DNA of 43,990 nucleotides from Piedraia hortae CBS 480.64 (Eukaryota). Under the pieces are notes generated by a model. That model was not told the DNA's origin, made no database searches, and worked only from the letters and a program-made list of their open reading frames with translations. The stretch spans positions 1-43,990 of the forward strand of contig MU006043.1 in the NCBI GenBank assembly GCA_010093745.1. Direction: 5' to 3'. Made by a program: the position numbers and the translations under genes. This document shows positions 11,291-23,066 of this stretch, piece after piece. Each line of letters opens with the position of its first letter. The first letter of the stretch is position 1.

Positions 11291-11354
11291 TATGATGTCT
11301 CAGTAGCCATCGTTGTGCGCCTTGACATATCGTAGCCATTGATCGACGTGACCA

Positions 11355-13225
11355 CGCGGAACTTGCAGGAAACCCCGGAAAGAATGCACTGAACCAGTTG
11401 ACCGTGCCAAGGAACTGCTGGGGCTGCTGTTTAGTGGTTGGTTTGGGCCAAGCAGTGAAGGCGTAATTGGCAAGATCGGGGGCGCGATGAAGACATGAGC
11501 CACGAAGTGCTCGAGGTAGCGCACCCTTTGTTGGAAGAAGTGGGACTTGGCTGTTAAAATTTCTATTTTAGCCTTGTGGAGGATATGGTTAACGTGGTCG
11601 ACATGGCGTTGATGTTCCTCGCGAGTGTCCAAGTGGATGAGGATATCATCAATGTAGGCGAAAGCGTATTTTTTAGCAGGCTCCAGAAGGTTGTCGATAA
11701 ATCGCTGGAATGTGGCTGGCCCGTTACGTATGCCGAAGGACATTACGTTATACGCGTAAGTTCCTTCCGAACATTTAAACGCTCTTTTGGAGCGTGATGT
11801 CGGGGAAAGAGAAACGTGGTGGAAGGCATGACGTATGTCAATGAGGAGAACATTTCGTGAAGTGGCTGTTCTCTGCAGCAAGTCTGCCAAGTTCGGGATG
11901 GCATAGGTGTCTGGCGTGGTGACTTCGTTGAGTGCCCTATGATCAACGCACATTCGAAGCGTTTGGTCTCTTTTCGGGACAAATAATATATTAGCCGCTC
12001 TCGGCCTTGGACGGCTTAATCCAGCCGCGTTTGATGCCCTCGTCCAGCGTGCTTTGAAGGGAGTCTTTTTCAGTGGCCAAAGATGCGCGGGGATTGCGTC
12101 CATTCTTGAAAGGGCCGGTCATGGCAATATGGCAAGTCCCAGAGACTGCCTCCTCCTTGATATACGGAAGACCAAGGATCAGGGACTCGGTCAGGGCCTT
12201 GACGACATAGCAGAGCACGGGTCGAGAGCTAATCTCGATCATGACGCGTTCGGCGTGTTTGGCGATTGAAATACCCGTGGACCCGGACAAATTGACCGTT
12301 GACGGCAGGCGGTCTGGTGGGGCAATTCTTTCACGGATGCAATTGTCTGCCGCACCCGTATCGATTAGCGCCTGATACGTGGTGATGTTGAGGGTCACTA
12401 GCGTGCGTTCAGCTGCTGTTTCGTGTTCACCAGCAATGGCGATCCGATTGATGGGTTTTCCCTCCGTGGAGATTTTTGCGTAGCAATCCTTTGCGACATG
12501 TCCAGTCCACCCGCAGCGATGGCACTTGTCGGAGGTGACCTTGCGCTTCCGCCCACGGCGAGTGGGCCGGTATTGGGATCCAGTGGCACCCTTAGCTAAG
12601 TCTTGAAGAGACTCGATGCGTTTAGCATTGTCCTTGAGTAAGTCGTAAGTCGAAGTGTCGCAGTGGATTAATGCAAGTTTAAGTGCAGGCTTGAGGGCTT
12701 GATAGAATACCGCGTGGCGTGCTTGGACGGGCCAGTTAAACTGGCCCGCAAGAGAACCCATCTCGGCAATGAGGTTGGGCACCGTGGACGAGTGCCGGAG
12801 GCGGGAGATGCGAAGCTCCGCCTGGGCTCTGCGCACTTCTTCACTCTCGCCAAATATTTCCAGAAGAGCAGCCTCCAGGGCGCTCCACTTCTGGAAAAAG
12901 ACGGGTTGAATAGGACCCGTCCGAACGAACCAGTCCTGGGCATGCCCGCGCAGCTGATGAGCCACGTAGGCACACTTAATAGCCTGATCCTGGAGGTCAC
13001 TATCAAGTACTTTCTTGAGCCTCACGTGCATAAGAAAGGCAGGCAAGACCTGGGGTCGCCCATAGAACGTGATGCCGCCATTCGTGGCAACCTCGAAGCT
13101 GATTGGCTTTGCATCTATTATTTCCAGTTCTTCCTGAAGCTCATCGTCGTCGTCGTCATTCGAATACTACTCGTCTGATAGCTGTGTACGCAGCCAGAAG
13201 CCGGCTTCCAGCCGTTCGTGGGGAA
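11355..13225 (-). mobile_element. Ty3/gypsy-type retroelement relic, copy 1 (gag, protease, RT)
   Basis: Gag with knuckle CHRCGWTGHVAKDC, aspartic protease ALIDTGA, RT LFVPKRDQTLRMCVDHRALN...MSFGIRNGPATFQR...YIDDILI; frameshift near 12000. No RNase H, integrase or LTR recognised. Confidence 0.93.
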
Positions 13226-16200
13226 GGCAGAATTGTGCGTCCAAATAATGGCCTTCATTGAGCCCGCTTGCTAGACATGAGATGGTCCACGATGTCCTTT
13301 ACAAGATGTGGTATAAGAACCATTGTGGCCTGATCGGAGTCGACAAGATCAGAAGCCGACAGCTTAAATCACGGTACCAGATTTCTCGCACCATGACTAG
13401 GATAAGCTGGCGCCGATCGGTACTGGCGTGCATGGTATTACCAATGCGAAGCTGGGGTTTTGCCTGGCGTTCCACAATCGTCATTAATCAGTGCCATTAT
13501 TGTCATGTTTCCGTGCTCGTACTGTTTGACAGCCCCATGAAGCCTTGGACCAGCAGCGTTCTAAACAGCCTCGTGACATGGCAAAGGCAAAAACAACTTG
13601 AGCTTTTTGCTGATGCCGTCCAGGCCCTGTATCTCCTCCCAGCTCCTCGTTACCTCCTCTAAAGTGTGTTAAGAAGGTACTGACCACATATCACTATCCT
13701 TGATGTGAGTGGCCTGAAAAAGTTTCGAGTACTTCGCAGTCGCGCACCACAAGTGCAGCAACTCCCGAGCCTGAGAATCATCGGCCACGCCAAGCATCTG
13801 GGACCTGATGGCATAGGAAAACAGGAGCTGTTGTTTATTTGACATTTGGACACCCATCTCTTTATTGCATCAACATCCCAGGACTTGGACGCCCCCAATT
13901 TTAGAAGAGAGCAGTGCTGTTGACTCTCTTGCCTTTGGGTATGACTATCGTCAGCGCATTGATCTCCGCCGACATCCCAACACGTAATCCGGACTAATTC
14001 TTAGCTGCCTCAATTCTTCCCACGCACCAAGGAAAAGCTGATAACGGCTGTAGACCGCTGTGATATGGCAACGGCTTCATGTTCGATCACCAAGATGCGC
14101 GTCGGTGCTTATGTAAGGGTCGCTGAAAAAGGAGACTTGACACCTTTAGTGTCGCAAGATACCGCGACTTGTCAAACGCCCAGGCCTTTCAGCGCTTCGT
14201 TAGCTAACCCTGAAGCTTTATTGCGGCGGCATTCTTTCCATGTTACTTCTGGATTGTGACTTGCGCGAACAAGCGGTAAAAGTTGAAGGCCTTTGAAAAC
14301 ACCAGACAGCAGAGGTGGTGTGCGAGCTTGGTATAGGAACGGGCCGCTCCACATGGGTTGTGCCATTGCCATGTGACATTTTGACAGGCTCCACAGAGAT
14401 GGATGGATAAGTTTGATCAAATATTGGTTTTTACTGCGAAACTTTGCAGAATGCGTCTGAACCAGACAACCCATCCACGTCTAATTCCACGCACAAAGCA
14501 TCCAGTCGCAAAGAAAGTTGATGAAATGTCCTCAAAAAATCGAAGGATGTCATATGCCAGCCGGCTTTGAGATCGGTCGGGTCACGGTGACTTTGCGGCG
14601 TACCAGTGGTCACCGAGACCCTAACACTCGGTTTTACACTTGTACCTCCACGTAATCTGGTTCAACGCAATAGCACAGCGACAACGTTCTGCACCTGGCA
14701 GAAGGCACCGTTGCCACCAACGTAGGAGCTCATAACGGCCTATACATCCTCATACAATATGATGAGTTCCAAAGCTATTCCTCAGGACGTCTCTTGCCAC
14801 TGTGGGCATATGACACCTCAATAATCCCTCATTGAACTCCGACAGAATCAACATTGCCCAACAAAAGTCAACTGTCATGAACCTGTCGCGCTCTTCAAGT
14901 TTCAACAATCCTTTTGCCATCGCTAAGTCCCATCCATCTTTGCTGCACTTTCCTCCGCTATCTACAAGCTTGCTAGCAATAATGTTCAAGCAAATCCACC
15001 GCTTTGTGACAGAGCACAAGAGAGACGAATATCGGGGATTGGTTCAGCGCCTGGCGGGTTTCACGGCTAGCCGTGACAACGCGATCTTGCACACGATGAT
15101 GGAGATGACGGCGAATTACTCGAGAAGGCCATATGTGAAAACATGTGTATTGTTTTAACATTTGAGACTCTCGAATCGTGGTAAACACTTTTTTCGTCCG
15201 TTTCATTCACTTTGGGACCCGGGTCAGAAGTGCAAGGGCTTGGTCAGAATTTCTAACAAAGGGGAATGAGTCTTATAACAGCGAACGAAAAACATAAAGC
15301 ACGAGCCGTTTTATGACGGCGCATGGATGATGTCCAGTCGCGGGAAGATCTACTCTCTGACGTTCCCCGGCGGCCTACATACTTTGCTGGGATCGAAGCT
15401 GAGGCGAAAATATTCTGGCCGAAGCTATTGAAAGCAGCTCATATTACTGTGCGCCTACAAACGGACGCGATGTGAGCGAGGAAATAACGATCAACCGAGA
15501 ATTTAAATTTGCATTTCTTTTAAGGTCAAACACGAGCTCATCGATGTGAAAAGGCAACTTCTTGCAAATCTATCCGTAGGAAGAAATTCCCACCCCTTGC
15601 GAAATTTCTTTCCACGGAAATGTCTTTATAAGTAGTATAATGCTCAATCAATCTCAAAAAACAAGGGCTCATCGATACCCTCAAAGAAGCCAAACAGAAG
15701 AGCAAGAGCAGCGGCTCAGGCTTCAAAGCTGAGGTACGGACGACCGCCTTGAAGGCCCTCCATGACGTGATTGTAAATAGGCTGGCAACTTGCACGATGC
15801 AGATTACTCGATCTGGAAGACGCTGAAGGATAGCTCAGGCCGGGGCATAGACAAGAAGGACTATTTAACGACAGAAGTCATGGAGGCCTACTTCCAACAC
15901 ACTTCCCGGGCTAGAGAGTTCAGCAAGGCCTCTCTGGAGTTCGCCGAAGACCTGGCGACTCTGTGTTAGGATAACCTAGCCGGCAATAGACCCTGTCCTG
16001 CTTTCGGCGGCTAGCAACGGCGAGGCTGAGGACGAAGCCGTTGCTTGTCGCTGCTCACCTCCCAAGCGGCAAAGAAGAGGCGTTGAGGCCTCGGTCACAA
16101 GGCATACAACATCCGTCCGTGGTCCACACTACATACCACGCGGCCATCATGGGAAGCAGCCCGGCTAAAGGTGAGGATACGCCGTCACCAGATGCAGCGC

Positions 16201-17019
16201 AAGATGGCAGTCTGACCAGAACCGGTCGAATGCAGGGGCGGCGCAGATGCCGCCAGGCAGTGCTGAAACAACGGCGATAGCTTTCATACACCATTTTGTG
16301 TGGCAGAACGCATCTGCAAACGATTTACCCGCTATGGCTCTGCAGTAGTGAAGCATCCGAGACGCAAGGTGCAGGCCATGACAGGGGCTGCAATGTAAGT
16401 AATGTAGTCGGCATGTTTGGGTCTCACACGGGCTTCAGGTGCTAACAATTTGCCAACAGGACCCAAACGGAAGTGACGGGGAATCTGCTCCTGCTGGAGG
16501 ATGTCAGCAACTTGTGTAAGTAACTCGTTGGTGACGTTCGGGCCTCGGGCACTGGCAAATCACCCACAGGCAACCGCTACAGTCCGCCAAGGTCCTGAAG
16601 GAGTGTCTTGTCGTCAGAAAGCCTACCACAATCGTGAGTAACGCAGTGGAGACATTTGACTCCCGCCCAAGCTTGGGCGCTGACATTTCACAGGGAGGCG
16701 TTTTTTAGCAGGCGTCGAAACGTTACGGGATCAGATAATGTTTTTTTAAAGACTTCTGTTCTACAAGTCCTTGCGTGCTTTGTCTTGTAGGTGAATGGGT
16801 GCGTTTTCGTGCACTCCAGGTAGCCCTTGCGCGCTTGGCTTGCCAAACCATTTAGCACCAAGCAATCCCTGTGGCGATAGAGAACGGGGCAAGTCACCAC
16901 TCTGGTCTTTTGTCGCTGGTACATGCCTTTTAAGGTTGGAAAAGATAAAACCCGTCTGATTCTGGGATCAACTGTCCAAATGTTACGGTAGTTCATCTAA
17001 CACAACGAGGTACGTGACC

Positions 17020-17199
17020 TATCACTGGTGTGGACAGAGGAAACAGCGATGGAAGAAAGACAACAACGCGACTGTCCGCCCGAGCCGGCGGGCGGAACGA
17101 TGTACAAGAAACAACTAATCTATCAGCGACTACAATGTCGTTCATGCGATCGACATGCCGAAGCACCGTCAAGGATCGACAATGGCCACTGCCTCGTAT
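17020..17199 (+). repeat. Isolated inverted fragment of the same Ty3/gypsy family (5' leader / gag N-terminus)
   Basis: Closely matches the reverse complement of 33872-34043 (e.g. atgtacaagaaacaactaatctatcagc, catgcgatcgacatgccga). Confidence 0.9.
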
Positions 17200-17749
17200 G
17201 ACCCTCGTATCCTCTTGCCGGCGGTGGTTTTGCTGTGTCACTGGGATATAATAGCTATTTTACATCGGTATGCCTTATTCCATGACTGCACAAATCGTCT
17301 GGCGTGATTTCCGGACAGAACGCACGCGATGACACGAATATGTCATACATAAAGAAGGCATTCAACTGTATCGGATTACGTCGACCATGACCTAACAGAA
17401 AGGAAGAATCTCATGGCCACAGAGAGGTAACTGGTATTCAACAATCATCACCGTCCTCAGCAGAGGAAACACGGTATGTTAGGTGAGCGCAACGTAGCGT
17501 GATTCCAATTCTGACAAGGCACAAGGGAATGCATGCCCATCCTCTCGCTATACAAGACAACCCGGCACAATCAATGTGGACCAGCTGATTACCGCGAATT
17601 TGCAATGTTCTTCGCCGAATAATCTGCATTGGCGATTATCACCATAAGAATGAACGAAGCGTGCAATGCGTCCTCAAGTAGAGGGTAACCAACACGATAC
17701 AAGACCGCTTGATTGGCCGATCCCTTCCCGCACTGAGGCCGGAGACGAG

Positions 17750-18219
17750 GTCCACCTGTATGTGGTGTAGGCCACGCCTGTCTATGCTACGGCATTTGGC
17801 AGAGCCAGGAGACCTCAACAGTGGTGGGTCTCGCGCGAAGGCAGCCGCGCTACCTCAATGCCACATAGACAGCGTGGGTCAAGTTCCATGCCGCCCTGCG
17901 GAGAGAATCTCTTCTCCGAGCCAGGGCCTGCCCTGGGCGCTTGGCGTAAACAGAGCATGGGGGAGTTTCCCAGCGGTTCGTGCGGTGCATGCTCTCGAGG
18001 CCGCCACACGGTGAATGCGCTTCTACCAAAACAAGACAAGGCAAGGCTGGGATACTCACTGACCGGCAGGAGAGGCACGCAGCAGGAGGATTGAGAGTCC
18101 TACGGGATATATTTGCTGGCTGGTTTGGGTTTACCTGTAACTATTCTAGACTAGCACGCCTGATGCCCTTCGGGAGGCCGCAGGCGGTCGTACGCGGCTG
18201 TTACCACAACAACAATAAT
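17750..18219 (+). mobile_element. Heavily decayed LINE 3' end with structured UTR and AAC-type tail; 5' boundary approximate
   Basis: Ends tagcacgcc...ggtcgtac...gtta-ccacaacaacaataat, the same terminal motif as the LINE end at 43784-43860. Upstream QQWW and TEHG pieces weakly resemble a LINE ORF2 C-terminus. Confidence 0.55.
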
Positions 18220-18625
18220 CCCACACTGAAGGCGATGGGGGACTTCCGCCGGCAAGTGGACCTGGACCTGAAAATCCAACAAGCCAGCGGAGTCCCTACC
18301 TATTATGCGTTACACTGTTGCTAGAGGCCAGGCTCTCGAACAGACACAGGAAACTGTCAGCTCCCCTTTCCAACCCGAGAGAGAAGCCACTCGGCCGTAA
18401 ATCCCCCGTGCAAAGCGAATGATACTGGCTGCAGGAGAAACGAGGAATACGCCCTTCAGAGCTGAGATGCTAGCTGGGTAGATTGTACTACATAGCTCTG
18501 ATAGCTTCACCATAGGGCTCGGGAGGCTGCGTGCAATCCTTTCGGGGCGCTGCCACGGCGTTGAGTCACAAAAACGGACAACCACGTGAACGAACATGTC
18601 AATAATCGTGTGCTTCACCATTCAT

Positions 18626-19083
18626 CTAAGCAGTCTCCATCACAGTCTCTCCCACTTTGTTCTCCCAAGCACATGCATCTTTTGCGAAAAGCTCCAACTT
18701 CGGCTTCGGGAGAGCATTGTCGGCGAAAAGTCCGTATTGCATGCACCATGTTTCAGGCTGGCTGGCCTCAATGATCCGTACCGGCGAACCACATGCCGAG
18801 CACATGCTTCTTCGGAGCGGCTTCCCGCTAAGGGTATCGTGGTCTGCGTACTCGGTGTGTGTGGTGCCCTTGATCTGGACGTCTCCTTTTGGGATGAGGA
18901 AGGCGTATGATGCGAGACCTCCAGAGCGACGTTTGCAGTTTTGGCAGTGGCACATTAAACTGTCGTAGGAGGATAGCGGAGAGCTGAGCTCAACCTGTAT
19001 TTTTTACGTTAGAAAGGAAGAGCTATGGGATGTGGTCGATCTCAAACCTGGATTGAACTACAAAGACAGCGTCCTGACGACAT
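18626..19083 (-). CDS. GFA/CENP-V (Mss4-like) zinc-binding protein, 134 aa; exons 19083-19048 and 18994-18626
   Basis: MSSGRCLCSSIQ-VELSSPLSSYDSLMCHCQNCKRRSGG...RSMCSACGSP matches the CxC...CHCxxC...CxxCGS GFA pattern; 53-nt GT-AG intron with CTAAC branch. Confidence 0.92.
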
Positions 19084-22000
19084 TGTGAAGTTGTGGGTAG
19101 ATGAGGTTCGGAGCTTCGGTTTTCATCTGCAGGTAGACGTCAAGACTAGACATGGGTTTTTTTTTCTACCGTCTCAAAACAGATCGAAAGTACGTGACGC
19201 TGTGATCTCCTGCAGCTGAATGCCGATCCATTGCGCGCATCGACCGACGACATTGAAGTGACTTTTAACCTATGACAAATTTGCGATTGGAGGACATTGG
19301 AAAAGCATCTGTCTGCGGAATGGTAATGGCCGTTTGATCGAAGCTTTGAAACGGACAGAAGACCGTAGACACTTGAATGTTCTCAACATCTGCCTAGAAG
19401 TGTGATGGCTTGGGGGAGGAATTACCCGCTCTCTTTCTTAGGGTTGACACAACAAACGAAGGTCCGGGAAAATTGGGAGGGCGACTTCTAGTCAACTTGG
19501 AAGAACCACTACTCCTAGCAGGCGGTTGAACTTTTCTCCCACGGACATGACTTGGTACTTTCTTAACAACATATCCGTCATTTGACACCATACGAATCAG
19601 ATCAAAACGTAATGAGGGATGCTGACTTGCTATCGGTGCTTGCCTATTCCATTCTTCTCTCGTCCGGCTCGTTCGCCCGCTCGTCTGAGTCTTTCACTTC
19701 ATCACGGCGCTGACCCGAATACCGATTACGGCATCCTAATAGTATGTATACGCCAAAAACCGATCATGGCCGTGCAATGTTTCCTGGCCCGGCCTTCCAT
19801 CACGAGGCATTTCACCTGTAGGAAATTCGTGACGTAGGCTGTACATTGGCACTCTCATCGTATGAAACTCTCCTCACCATTGTCGTAAAACGGGTCTGCA
19901 TTGGTGGTAGCTACATATAAAAATGAGATGAGTGGGCTGCAGCAGAGTGCAAATGTAAATAAACTTGTTAACTCGGTATTGTTTTATTCATAGAAAGCCC
20001 AGGAAGGGCACATCGACCGCTTTTGATCAAAAAAAAACTCGAGACTAGACATTGCATCCCGGATGAAAATCCGTCCACCTGGAATGAAAGCAGCTACCTT
20101 TGAAGAACACGTGGTTCTCAAAACTAACGCGAGATAGAGAGAAGGCAAAGATTAGCGGGATGTACGGAGAAATAGTACCTTTGGAGATGTAGTTAATTTC
20201 TTCCGAAGCTAACTTCCTCGTTGCGTGTTCAGAAGATATTCTAGGCAAGCGTTCACTGCGAACAGGCGTGAGGAGCTATGGCCTGTTAGATGCAGATGAA
20301 ACGCTCCCTCAATTAGCTAAACTGCGAAAGGTAAGACACCCACAGCTCCTGCCATGGACGTCTCACTTGAATGAACTATTGGGATAGCCTGGAAGCTGTT
20401 CTCTGCCCCTTGATTGGAGAGGGCATGACATGGGAAGTTGTCATGGCGAACTGCGATTCATGTCGTCTTTGCTCTAAGCTCGGGATCGACGATCGGTACT
20501 CGTTTACGCAAAAGCAAAACAGGCTGCTGTTACGACGAATGATTGCCTTCGATTTCGATATTCAGCGCTGTGGCAGAAAATGACCGACTGCAGCATTCTG
20601 ATGGGCGGCATATGGATTTTCTAATCCAGGAGCTGCATCTTAAGGTCGTGGCGTTGTGTCTCTCGCCATCTTGAAAGAGTGGACGATATTTTGTACGCTG
20701 GGTGGTTAGCAACGTCGCGAAATTGGTTGGTCGCCTTACCAGAGGGGACTAAAGATTTTTCTTGGCCAATTGCGAATGGCATCCCGATCTGATTGTGTAC
20801 CGATGCATGAGGGGAACACAATGAATGTTAGTGTACATTCTAGGCCTCGAGTCACGAAGGAACAAGTCAACGCTGCAAGGCCGAGAGACCATATTTCAAA
20901 TTATCATTATTGCTGGATAGCGCCTGGCCAGAGTGGCTGGGCTAAAGACTTAGGGAGATGAGAGGCGAAGCAACATCACTTGGCCGAAGATATGTACTTG
21001 ATTTGTGCTTCTCGCGGGTTTGAATGGCGAGGTCAAGTTTTCCGATTCTATCGAATCAGACCAAGCATGATTGACTTCATAATGTCCACCAAGAACTGCC
21101 TTTGAACGGCATTCAACCGCCGGTAAAATATCGGGAAGCTCAAGAGGGTCTAGGATATTGTGATCTTGTATTCGGTGAGGCAGCGGATCTCGCGTGTCAC
21201 GATTCGGAGGACATTCGTGAGCAAGTTGTATTGCAGCGGTGGGCGTCAGTACGGCTGCTGAAGCGCGTTGGCAAGTCACCCTCGACTCTCGTATTCACTT
21301 CATTGCAAGATGAGGTCAAGGCTGGATCGTCAGTCATCTCTGTCTCGGCGGCTCGCAGAGTCTGTAGACCAGATGTGATTCGATCATTCTGAGTCTACTT
21401 GAATGTACCTTGCAGAAAGGAGGGGAAATCTTTACCCCCGAGTCCTGGCTGCTGGTGTTGATTTAGCTGGTTGTTACTTGTCCTAACGTGAGGGCAGCTG
21501 AAGTGGAATCCACTATCTACTTAATGGAAGTTTGCGGACATATCCCAGGGCAAGGTTCGCCTCGAGCGTTCTTCGATACGCTTTTTGACAACATTTAAAG
21601 CTCTGTCTTTTGGCTGGCCGGCAGCAAGAAGGACTAGTATCGAACACGGTGTGTTCCATGAGAGCGGTTGCACTGGATTGTTATAACCACTGATGTATGT
21701 ACCACGCCCTTTACGTAAAGGTTCGACTTGCATGGCATTAGGAGGGAGCAGCTTCCACGGAGCAGCTAAGTTAAGCATAACTTGGCACGTGCTATTTATG
21801 CAAGGTTAGAAATATTCTCAAAAAGGCGGTGACCTCTGTGTCCTTGTGACAAGCTAGAGAGCAAGTATTCATGGCCGGTGGGTTTCATGTCTCAAGCCAA
21901 TAACAAAAAGCCCTTTGAAAGTCAGTATAAGCGGGGCAAATTGCGATTGGAGAATAGCCAATTTGGGTTTTGCTAGAGTCACCACGGAAGATGTTTGATA

Positions 22001-23066
22001 TCCCCTTTCCAGAAGGCTCCCAGAAGGCACTGTATAACCTTTGCAAAAGCATTTACCAAGCTTTCACCACATTATACAGCCGAAGTGGGGGGCTTGCGAA
22101 ATAGAGAGAGACATTTCCATAAACCTGGTATTTTCATGACATTGAATTACCTAACATGACTGTGGTTCATGACTTTTGCAGCCAATCGGCTGCAATGCCT
22201 GGTGAGTTGGTGGTGAGATGTCGCCAAAATACATAAATTTGACGACATCTCGGACCGGCTTGTAGTCGAACTGCCAAATTACCCCATTGAGACTAGCGCG
22301 GTGCATGAAGCGAAGACCCGGTCGAGAACAAGGAAAAAGTGGAGACCAAAAGCCATGGTAATCCTCCCCGATCCTGCCCTGCATCTCAAGTTGTCCCGAC
22401 AACCTCTAGAGATTGAGTGAGTTTGTGGCGGCTGTTCCTAATGCTGACAAACTTCTTACGTGGTGGAGACGTGTCGTACCTGAAATATTCTCTAGCAAAG
22501 CCAATATTCAGCCAATCGGCGTAACGCCAGTAGACCCCGCTCTAAAAGTGTGCTCTGGCTCCGAGTATCTGAGGCTGTCAGCACTCGAGGTTTTTTTTTG
22601 ACAATTCAAATTTCCAGAGTTCCAAAACGTTGACACTGAAATCTGACCAAGTCTATTCGTATAAAAGTTCCTCCAAGAAGAAGCTCACCCAGTCGACTTC
22701 GCAATCCCTCCACTTCACGTGCAGTGAAACCGGTGGCTTACAACAAGGCTGATAATCCGGGAGCTCCCGCGTTCCCCGCGACCCGAAGCCTGCGCTAACG
22801 TCACCCGACTTGCGGGGCGAACTTGGTCTGCTCGAGTCTGCGAGCGTTCTCACGCCACGCATATTCACTTTTTGTTGGAGCCCCGTGTTAGTTAGGTTAG
22901 AAGTCCCAAATCCCACGCTGCAGACTGCCCGACGTGTTGCATCTTTGGGGGGGTGGGAGGCCTAATACTTGGGGCCGTCGCCCACGAGCCGTTGGAACTG
23001 CCATGCAATAAAGACCGCAGTGGGCTGGCTAGGTGGAGTTGCGCAGGCAACCAGATCTCGTCCCCG

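Noticed and set aside
18157..18186. CUGAUG next to a UUCG hairpin as a hammerhead ribozyme
   Set aside because: The core reads CUGAUGC, not CUGANGA, and no GAAA follows.
22151..22402. DYKPVRDVVKFMYFGDI as a BTB/POZ fragment
   Set aside because: One short resemblance with no supporting context.
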